Shown here piece by piece: positions 10,430 to 17,209 of a DNA stretch of 32,000 bases. The notes beneath the pieces were generated by a model. That model was not told the DNA's origin and ran no database searches. It saw only the letters and a program-made list of their open reading frames with translations. The stretch's first letter is position 1. Every line of letters begins with the position of its first letter. The position numbers were made by a program, and so were the translations under genes. This DNA comes from an uncultured Candidatus Binatia bacterium (GTDB lineage Bacteria > Desulfobacterota > Binatia > Bin18): contig CBDCPK010000005.1 in the NCBI GenBank assembly GCA_965220195.1, positions 664,717-696,716 of the forward strand, in the 5' to 3' direction.

Positions 10430-11845
10430 TTAGAAATCCACCTGAAAACGTGCCTGGACGATGTCGGCGTCGCCGCAGTGATCGCCCATGTCGCCTTTGT
10501 AGTAGCAGTCATCCTCGTCCAACATGGCCCGCACGTAGTTGAGCATGATGCGCACGTTGGGGTTGAGATACCAGTTGACGCCAAAGGTGAAGTTGCTCAG
10601 CTCGCCGCCGTTCATGTCCTCGTCGTTCAGGTCCAGTATCGAGTAGCGGGCCGCGAGTTCCAGGGCTCCGTAGCCACCCTTCCAGTCGAAGTTTTTCTTG
10701 GGCTTGACGCGGTTGAAGGCGCCGCTGGAGGTCTTATAGGGCCGGTGCTCTCCGGTCAGGAAGAAGCTGCCGAAGATGTAGTAGCCGTTGTAGTGGAGAT
10801 CCTCACCTGTGGGCCGGTCGGCCAGGGCGCTCATCCACTCGAACTGGAGCGAAGCCGGGCCGTAGACCAGGGCCACCTCGGGGGCGAAATAGTCCACGTC
10901 CTCGACGTGGAACCGTGGGGTTTCCACCAGGCGGGGGCCGAGGTGGGCTTCGGGCCGCTGACGGAAGCGAATCCGTTCGTTCTCGTCGTGGAAGGCGTGG
11001 CGGTAGGAGAGGCCGAGGTGGACGAGCTGCCGGCCCTTTTCCACATACCAAGGCAGCATGGTCAGCCGGGTGGTGGCGTTATAGGTCCCGCTGTTGCCGA
11101 AAGTCGAACTGGTGTCGGCCGGGTTGCCCTGGCGGAAAAAGCCGAATGCCGCGGTGGCGCGCTTGTCCATAAAGGAGCGGTTGAGGCGCACACCGAGGTT
11201 ACGGCCGCTGGAGAACACGTTGGGCAGCGAGCGCTCCATAAAGGTGATGTATTTACTGCTGGTCAGCTCTTCGAGCGAGAACGGTTCCTTGAAATGGCCG
11301 ACCGTGAAGTTCCCGGCCATGGGGACTTTCTTGATCTGAATATAGGCGTCCTTAAACGGGTCAGAACTGGCAAAGTCGTACTGAAACTTGTACTTGATAT
11401 TGCCGTAGACGCTGCCTTCCATGAAGAAGCGCGCCCGCCGGAACTCGCTGCCGTCGCCGATGCGGCCAAACTGCCGGCGCAGTTCCTCGTCGGTGCTGTA
11501 GACGGCCCAGTCGTTCATGATCCGACCGCCGACCTTCAGCTTGAATTTGCCATCGGCCGAGTCGAGCCGCAGACCGCTCTTCCAGTAAGCAGCCAGAAAG
11601 TTCTTCTTGCCGACGTTTTTCTCTAAGCCTTCGACCTTTTGACTCAGGCCCGAGGCGGCTTCAACCTTCTCATCCTCGGATTGGGCTTTAATCATCAGAT
11701 CGCGGTACTGCTGCTCGCTGATCTGCCCATTGGCTTTGAGGATATCCAGGATTTCTGCGGCCACATTCTTGGCCTGGGCTGGTCGTGCCAGCAGCAGCCC
11801 GGCCGCAACGAGGCCGACGCAGAACGCTAATCCCAATCGTCTCAT
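10430..11845 (-). CDS. oprP: Phosphate-selective porin O/P family outer-membrane protein
   Basis: The C-terminal beta-barrel ends in RFQVDF. Overall it resembles the OprO/OprP family. The start was set at ATG 11845 (MRRLGLAFCVGLVAAGLLLARPAQA signal peptide), preceded by GGAGGAGGAG. It is 19 bp upstream of pstS. Confidence 0.8.
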   Translation of the reverse strand: MRRLGLAFCVGLVAAGLLLARPAQAKNVAAEILDILKANGQISEQQYRDLMIKAQSEDEKVEAASGLSQKVEGLEKNVGKKNFLAAYWKSGLRLDSADGKFKLKVGGRIMNDWAVYSTDEELRRQFGRIGDGSEFRRARFFMEGSVYGNIKYKFQYDFASSDPFKDAYIQIKKVPMAGNFTVGHFKEPFSLEELTSSKYITFMERSLPNVFSSGRNLGVRLNRSFMDKRATAAFGFFRQGNPADTSSTFGNSGTYNATTRLTMLPWYVEKGRQLVHLGLSYRHAFHDENERIRFRQRPEAHLGPRLVETPRFHVEDVDYFAPEVALVYGPASLQFEWMSALADRPTGEDLHYNGYYIFGSFFLTGEHRPYKTSSGAFNRVKPKKNFDWKGGYGALELAARYSILDLNDEDMNGGELSNFTFGVNWYLNPNVRIMLNYVRAMLDEDDCYYKGDMGDHCGDADIVQARFQVDF

Positions 11846-11978
11846 ATGGTATGTCTCCTCCTCCAGTGTTGAATTCTTGCTCTGACGTTTCTCCAGTACC
11901 TCGGTTGACGCATATATGCCGTTTCCGCAGATCACCCCCTCTCGTGTGGGCCGGAGGTGAACAAGGTAAGTTCGCACT

Positions 11979-12018
11979 GTTACAAGAGAGTGACAGGGCC
12001 GTTATGAATGCGTGAAAA
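11979..12018 (-). promoter_or_regulatory. Pho-box array (candidate PhoB site) for the oprP-pst-phoUBR operon
   Basis: The minus strand reads TTTTCAC GCAT TCATAAC GGCC CTGTCAC TCTC TTGTAAC, which is four heptamers at an exact 11-bp phase (11979, 11990, 12001, 12012). It lies ~135 bp upstream of the oprP ATG. Confidence 0.75.
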
Positions 12019-12044
12019 TCCAGGTCGGGTATGTATCGACGAGG

Positions 12045-12458
12045 TTAGCCGATTGCCTGACAGCCTGCGGGTCTCGACTTGTTCAAAGCGGGGGAGAGCT
12101 GCCGGTGGACAAGCAGACAGAGTTCGGAAATGGAAAATGGCTTGCTTAAACAGTGGTGTACGCCGCTATGTTGCAGTTCTTTTTGCTGCCGCTGGGAAGC
12201 AAGGGCGCTCACCACAATAATCGGGATCTGACGAACGCGCGCATCTGGATACCGGCGGATATGTTCGAGAACCTGCCAGCCGCTTTTCAGCGGCAGCAGG
12301 AGGTCTAACGTCACCAAGTCGGGTCCGAAGGATTCAACCCGCATGCAGGCCTGCTCTCCATCTTCGGCGATTTCGACGCAGTAGCCTGCCTGCTCCAGAT
12401 TATAGGCAATCAGGTGAGCAATACTGGGCTCATCCTCCACTACCAGAACTTTTTTCAA
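12045..12458 (-). CDS. Single-domain (CheY-like) response-regulator receiver protein
   Basis: Has the receiver motifs KKVLVVEDEPSI, LVTLDLLLP and CLSKPF and no output domain. The TTG start at 12458 is preceded by TAAGGAGGGAAC. Confidence 0.75.
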   Translation of the reverse strand: MKKVLVVEDEPSIAHLIAYNLEQAGYCVEIAEDGEQACMRVESFGPDLVTLDLLLPLKSGWQVLEHIRRYPDARVRQIPIIVVSALASQRQQKELQHSGVHHCLSKPFSISELCLLVHRQLSPALNKSRPAGCQAIG

Positions 12459-12544
12459 CAGCGCGTTCCCTCCTTACGGCCAGAGGGGATAGTAGGAATG
12501 TGAGATTGCAGGCATATGGCAAGCCTGTGAAAAAACAATGATTT

Positions 12545-13804
12545 TCAGTGCTGCTGCACGGTGGTTTGCCCTTCCTGAGGTGATACTCCCTGAGCGGATT
12601 GGAGGGTAGGAGCGGGGGCGGTCGAGGCAAACCAGCCCTCGGTGCGCTGGCAGAAGCGCACCAGCAGCAGCATCACCGGGACCTCGATGAGCACACCCAC
12701 GACGGTCGCCAGGGCGGCTCCGGATGACAGCCCGAACAGCATGGTTGCCGTGGCAATGGCAACCTCGAAATGGTTGGAGGCACCAATGAGCGCGGTTGGG
12801 GCCGCATTCTGGTACGATAGTCTGAGGACTCTCGCCAGTCCGTACGCCAGGGCGAAAACAAGGACTGTTTGAATGAAGAGAGGAATCGCGATCCAGCCTA
12901 TCATCAGCGGATTGGACAGAATCATTTCGCCCTTGAGGGAGAAGAGCAGGACCAGGGTGATGAGCAGGGCGCTAATGGTGACCGGCGTGAGAAAGTGCAG
13001 GAACCGCTCCCGGAACCATTGTTCGCCTTTGGTCCGCATAATCCACTGACGCGAGCAGTAGCCGGCCACCAGCGGAAGGGCGACATACACGCCAATAGAC
13101 AGCAGCAGGGCCTGCCAGGGGACCGGCAGACGGCCGATCCCGAGGAGCACATCGCCCAGCACGCCGTACAGGACGAGCATGGTCAGGGAATTAATCGCGA
13201 CCATGACAAGCGTCAGGCCATCATTGCCCTTAGCCAGATAGCCCCAGACCAAGACCATGGCCGTACAGGGTGCGATGCCCAGCAGGATACAACCCGCCAG
13301 ATAGCTGCGCCACAGCGGCACCTCCAACATCTTGATGCCGTCAACCACCACGACGGTCCCGGAGCCGTAATACGACCCCACCGGCAGATTGAGACCGAAC
13401 GGCATCTTGACGTGGTCAACGGCATCCGGACCGATCACATCGAGAAAGAAGGTCCCGAGAAAAAGAACGGCAATCACATACATGGTGAAGGGTTTAATGG
13501 CCCAATTGATAAATAGGGTGAGTCCAACCGGTCGGACGCTTTTCCCCGCTCGAACGACCTCGGCAAAGTCGATTTTGACCATGATGGGGTACATCATGAA
13601 GAACAAGCAGATCGCAATCGGAATCGAGACCACCGGCGCGTCGCCAACATATAAGGAAAGCCCGTCGAGAAAAGTCGCCATACCCGGTACGACACTCCCC
13701 AGACCAATGCCCGCGGCAATGCACAACAGAACCCAGACGGTCAGGTAGCGCTCAAAAACACTCAGCCCCTGCGACGGCTTAAACGGAGATGGTTTGGTTG
13801 CCAT
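12545..13804 (-). CDS. acr3: ACR3-family arsenite efflux permease
   Basis: The N-terminus [24 protein letters not shown] and the conserved Cys motif [12 protein letters not shown] are typical of ACR3. About 10 TM segments are present. Confidence 0.8.
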   Translation of the reverse strand: MATKPSPFKPSQGLSVFERYLTVWVLLCIAAGIGLGSVVPGMATFLDGLSLYVGDAPVVSIPIAICLFFMMYPIMVKIDFAEVVRAGKSVRPVGLTLFINWAIKPFTMYVIAVLFLGTFFLDVIGPDAVDHVKMPFGLNLPVGSYYGSGTVVVVDGIKMLEVPLWRSYLAGCILLGIAPCTAMVLVWGYLAKGNDGLTLVMVAINSLTMLVLYGVLGDVLLGIGRLPVPWQALLLSIGVYVALPLVAGYCSRQWIMRTKGEQWFRERFLHFLTPVTISALLITLVLLFSLKGEMILSNPLMIGWIAIPLFIQTVLVFALAYGLARVLRLSYQNAAPTALIGASNHFEVAIATATMLFGLSSGAALATVVGVLIEVPVMLLLVRFCQRTEGWFASTAPAPTLQSAQGVSPQEGQTTVQQH

Positions 13805-13868
13805 TGGTGTACTCTACTCTCAAAAGAAAACGGAGTCCAAAGGGGAGGAATTCAGACCATGTGACCTA

Positions 13869-13908
13869 AGCCAAAGAATATGACACCGATGTTACAAATC
13901 GAAAACAT
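13869..13908 (-). promoter_or_regulatory. Pho-box array upstream of acr3
   Basis: The minus strand reads ATGTTTT CGAT TTGTAAC ATCG GTGTCAT ATTC TTTGGCT, with heptamers at 13902, 13891, 13880 and 13869 (11-bp phase). It lies 65-105 bp upstream of the acr3 ATG. Confidence 0.65.
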
Positions 13909-13990
13909 CTGTATGAATTGTGCATACTTCCTTCGACTCTCAGGAGAGAACGGGCGGGTTGCGATCCTACTAGAGCGTTTTACGATACGT

Positions 13991-14098
13991 TGTAGCCGTA
14001 CCAGTCCGCGCTCGTCATGCCGGACGTGACCCGGCATCCAGAGGCCGGGAGGCTGGGGACCTGGATTCCGGCTTTCGCCGGAATGACGAGCGGCTACA
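13991..14098. repeat. Nested palindromic intergenic repeat (REP-like; its translation gives the common WIPAFAGMT artefact peptide)
   Basis: There are two perfect 7-bp-stem hairpins: ATGCCGG-N7-CCGGCAT (14017-14037) and ATTCCGG-N6-CCGGAAT (14065-14084). They are flanked by the outer inverted arms TGTAGCCG..CTCGTCAT and ATGACGAGCGGCTACA. Confidence 0.7.
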
Positions 14099-14115
14099 CA
14101 GCATCGTTATTTGCG

Positions 14116-14835
14116 CTATGCGCGGCACGCGAGGTCTTCCTCGCGACATTCCGTTGGTCCACAGCAGGCTGTTCCGGATTGCTTTTTCGCGAGCTGGCCG
14201 AGGCAGGTTGTGTCCGCCAAGTAAAAGGCAGTAAATCGGCTCTCAAAGTCCTCAGCAACCGACTTTTCGGCAATCCCTGTTGCCAGCACGCCTTCCTGCC
14301 ATCGCTTCACTTTTGGAAACGCTTCGAGAAAGTCGAAGTCCGTATAGCGCTCGATAATCGCGGCGCGATGGAGCAAGGGCAGCCAGGCGATATCCACCAT
14401 GCCCAGAGTGTCTCCATTAAAGTATGGACCTTCCCCAAGCCGAGATTCTATTTTTGCGAAGGCCGTACCCAATGTTGCTCGGCCCTCCTCCAATGCCTGT
14501 TCGTCCGTACTGCGCTGCGCACTGCATTGCGGCAGGTAATGCTTCGACGCCAGATAGGACCAAGCGCGGTCTTGGGCTTTCTTGACCGGGTCGTGAGCGG
14601 AAATTGGGGGTTCCGTCGTTTCGTCCAGGTATTCGGCAATCGCCTCGGATTCGAACAGGACCTGGTCGTCATCTGTGATCAGAATCGGCACCTAGCCGTT
14701 CGGAGAGGCTTCGAGAAACCACGCTGGCTTCTTGCTGAGGTCGATATATTCGACCTCGTACGGGACGTGCTTGGCCTCCAGCAGAGCCGTGACGCGCTGA
14801 ACAAAAGGACACGTTTTAAAGCTGACAATTTTCAT
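14116..14835 (-). pseudogene. Cys-type (CPF motif) glutathione S-transferase-like gene interrupted by an in-frame TAG at codon 48
   Basis: ATG 14835 is preceded by AAGGGGGAG and encodes MKIVSFKTCPFVQRVTALLEAKHVPYEVEYIDLSKKPAWFLEASPNG. A TAG follows at 14692-14694. The same frame then continues VPILITDDDQVLFESEAIAEYL and on into the C-terminal GST domain to 14116. Confidence 0.6.
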
Positions 14836-14913
14836 CCGCTCCCCCTTCGTTATTATATTTTCAAATAATGTGTCGTCCGCTTATACAGACGGATGATGCG
14901 AGACAAAGGACGC

Positions 14914-14940
14914 AAAAACGGACTCCCCCGAAAGAGACCG
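14914..14940 (-). terminator. Candidate intrinsic terminator of the lipid operon
   Basis: On the minus strand CGGTCTC-TTTCGGGG-GAGTCCG forms a 7-bp stem with one U-U mismatch, followed by TTTTTG. It lies 120 nt after the glycosyltransferase stop. Confidence 0.4.
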
Positions 14941-15060
14941 GATAATATGTAAGCTTAACGTCGATGCAGCACTTGGTATTCCCCAACTGAGGAGGGACGA
15001 CCATACTGCAACCAACACGAAACTTCACATAATTATATATGGATGCGGGTCACTTGCGCT

Positions 15061-16083
15061 CTAGGAGACGGTGGGCCAGCAGGATTCTTCAAATGGCTCC
15101 AGGAGGGAGAGAAACCGCTGCGTGCACGTTTGCCACGAGTGCTGCCTGGCAAACGCGACGCAGTCAGCCGGGTTCAGCTGGAGCGCTCCGATAATAGCCT
15201 GGCGTAGGTCGGTATCGAGCATTCCGGTTTTTCCTTGCTGTACCACATCGACGGGGCCAGTCACGGGAAAGGCCGCCACAGGCACCCCGCAGGCCAGCGC
15301 CTCCAGCAAGACAAGCCCAAACGTATCAGTCAGACTCGGAAAGACAAACACATCCGCAGCGGCAAGATGGGCAGCAAGGTTGTGTCCCAGCTTCTGTCCG
15401 ACAAACAAGACGTCCGGATAATGGTCGCGGAGTTTCAGCAGGTCGGGACCGTCGCCGACGACATATTTGGAGCCCGGTATATCGAGGTTCAGAAACGCCT
15501 CAATATTCTTTTCGACCGCAACCCGTCCGAGGTACATCATGACGGGACGGACGCTTGACAGAAAGGATTTTGGTCGGGGACGAAAGAGGCTGGTATCAAC
15601 CCCCCGGGACCAGACGTGCAGGTTTTGAAAACCACGGGCCTGTAACCGCTCCTGCATGGATGGCGTTGGGACAAAGGTGCGTACGGCTCGACCGTGATAG
15701 TGGCGGAGATATCCATAGGACCAGCTCACCGGGAAGGGCAAGCGTGCCCGAATGTATTCGGGAAACTGGGTATGAAAGGAGGTCGTAAAAGGCAGCCCCC
15801 AGTGGCGACACAGACTGCGGACCGCATGCCCGAGCGGCCCTTCGGTTGCAATGTGGATGGCATGCGGACGAAACGCGGTCAGCCTCTGTCTCACCCCTTT
15901 CTGGGGGAAGAGGGCCAAGCGGATGGCCGGATACGTCGGGCAGGGACAGGTCGTAAACGCTTGGGGCGTGATAAAGAGGGCCTGGTGCCCGCCTGCTTCG
16001 AGTTGTTCACCCGTGTAGGCCAGCGTCCGTACGACACCGTTGACTTGGGGATGCCAGGCATCGGTAATAATCGCGATTCTCAT
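15061..16083 (-). CDS. GT4-family (GT-B, Glycos_transf_1) glycosyltransferase, Agt/SqdX-like candidate diacylglycerol glycosyltransferase
   Basis: The N-terminus MRIAIITDAWHPQVNGVVRT is present. The C-terminal motif FVFPSLTDTFGLVLLEALACGVPV is the E-x7-E type. The start was set at ATG 16083; the upstream TTG at 16098 is also possible. Confidence 0.7.
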   Translation of the reverse strand: MRIAIITDAWHPQVNGVVRTLAYTGEQLEAGGHQALFITPQAFTTCPCPTYPAIRLALFPQKGVRQRLTAFRPHAIHIATEGPLGHAVRSLCRHWGLPFTTSFHTQFPEYIRARLPFPVSWSYGYLRHYHGRAVRTFVPTPSMQERLQARGFQNLHVWSRGVDTSLFRPRPKSFLSSVRPVMMYLGRVAVEKNIEAFLNLDIPGSKYVVGDGPDLLKLRDHYPDVLFVGQKLGHNLAAHLAAADVFVFPSLTDTFGLVLLEALACGVPVAAFPVTGPVDVVQQGKTGMLDTDLRQAIIGALQLNPADCVAFARQHSWQTCTQRFLSLLEPFEESCWPTVS

Positions 16084-16110
16084 AGTTATAACGAACAAGG
16101 AAAAGAGGAG

Positions 16111-16662
16111 TCAGTGATCGGGACAGGCCGGGCTGAGCTCTGGTGTATGTACGCGCTGCCAGGTCCTGTTTCTCGCACAACTCATCAAACAGTCTTGTAG
16201 ACCTATCGTCAGGGTGTCGGCCGTTACCAGCTCCATTTGATAGCTGAAAATCGAGTCGCCCAGCGTGTCACCAGTATCCGGATTGTAGATAAGCCCACCG
16301 ACCCAACGAGTCTCCTGATTAATCGGAAGATGAGGATGCGCTTGCCGAAAACCGCTCACAATTTGTAATCCCAGCACCCGGCGCGTCCGTTTGTCCGGGT
16401 CCGGGTTTTCTCTATCGAGCCTGTGACACACTGGAGTCGGCCCGTTCTCCTGCAAACGCACAATCTTTCCGCACACTTCATCTCGACACGGAAAGAGCTG
16501 GACCTGGACCCGATTATCCTTTGGTGCCCAGAGCCCGAAGACGCCAGCCGGGCTCAGCCGTGGTAAGAGCCCGGACGCACAAAGCATTATCCCCAGTATA
16601 AACAGGCAGAGGCGCGCCTGCCTGTGAGCGCAGCGTCGTGACTTTTCGGTTCGTATGAACAC
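16111..16662 (-). CDS. Secreted DUF2147-family protein
   Basis: Shows DUF2147-like motifs: GLW....V.L..C...CGKIV, DRENPDPDKRTRRVLGLQI and W.GGLIYNPDTGDT. The proposed GTG start at 16662 gives the signal-like N-terminus MFIRTEKSRRCAHRQARLCLFILGIMLCASG and abuts the stop of the upstream gene. The annotated 16959 start would overlap that gene by ~300 nt. Confidence 0.6.
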   Translation of the reverse strand: MFIRTEKSRRCAHRQARLCLFILGIMLCASGLLPRLSPAGVFGLWAPKDNRVQVQLFPCRDEVCGKIVRLQENGPTPVCHRLDRENPDPDKRTRRVLGLQIVSGFRQAHPHLPINQETRWVGGLIYNPDTGDTLGDSIFSYQMELVTADTLTIGLQDCLMSCARNRTWQRVHTPELSPACPDH

Positions 16663-16663
16663 T

Positions 16664-17209
16664 TTACTGCTCGGAATACGCGCCCCAGGCATAGTAGACG
16701 GTTTCCAGGGCGGGGAGCAGATACCAGTCATCATGCGGAAAACGCATGACCAGGAAAAAGCCCCAGATGGAAGCGACCGCTCCAATATATTGAGGATGGC
16801 GAAGCACCGAGAAGGGAAACAGGGAACAGCGGGGTATCGGATAGCCCAACTTGTTCCCGTAAAACACTCCAACCTTGCCCAAGCGGTAAAACACCATGAA
16901 GTTGAGCAGTTGTCCAATAACGATGAGAATCGCTCCGCCACCAAGTGCTGCTGTGTCACTACTCACCAGGCTGTTTGATTCTTGTCCATACACGACACAC
17001 CACCACAGGAACACCCCGAGTTGTACCCCCTTGAAGCCGTAAAAAAGCTTCCGTAACACATCGATAGGCTGTCCAAAGACTGTCACCACTGGGTGGGCGC
17101 ACAGTTCCCGAAAGATGTCGGTATGTCGCCAGATCCAGGCATAGCACAAGCGTTCCAGGCCCAGGACAAAGGCGACAATCAAAAAGGTCCAGATACTCAC
17201 TGCGCTCAC
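16664..17209 (-). CDS. Membrane methyltransferase of the PEMT / isoprenylcysteine carboxyl methyltransferase superfamily
   Basis: Has 4-5 TM segments and the C-terminal motif VLRHPQYIGAVASIWGFFLV typical of PEMT/ICMT proteins. The GTG start overlaps the stop of the upstream gene (GTGA). Confidence 0.6.
   Translation of the reverse strand: MSAVSIWTFLIVAFVLGLERLCYAWIWRHTDIFRELCAHPVVTVFGQPIDVLRKLFYGFKGVQLGVFLWWCVVYGQESNSLVSSDTAALGGGAILIVIGQLLNFMVFYRLGKVGVFYGNKLGYPIPRCSLFPFSVLRHPQYIGAVASIWGFFLVMRFPHDDWYLLPALETVYYAWGAYSEQ

Noticed and set aside
10478-11626. Long antisense ORFs opposite real genes: 10478-11626(+), 14017-14868(+), 21066-21746(+), 27052-27822(-), 6226-6870(+), 12869-13516(+), 4716-5330(+) and 2204-2851(+).
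   Set aside because: Each lies fully inside a well-supported gene on the other strand. They have biased, low-complexity composition (Ala/Gly/Arg/Val- or Ser-rich) and no recognisable motifs. These are typical shadow ORFs of GC-rich DNA.
14692-14694. The TAG in the GST-like gene read as programmed recoding (pyrrolysine or dedicated read-through).
   Set aside because: There are no pyl genes, no recoding signal and no methylamine methyltransferase context in the window. A nonsense mutation or a sequencing error is the simpler explanation.
16663-16959. The long form of the DUF2147 ORF (start at 16959), and similar long forms of mgtE (23387), oprP (11977), pstB (5306) and the second thiF-like gene (29941).
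   Set aside because: The extensions overlap upstream genes or read through repeats. They lack signal-peptide or SD support, while internal starts give canonical N-termini and ribosome-binding sites.
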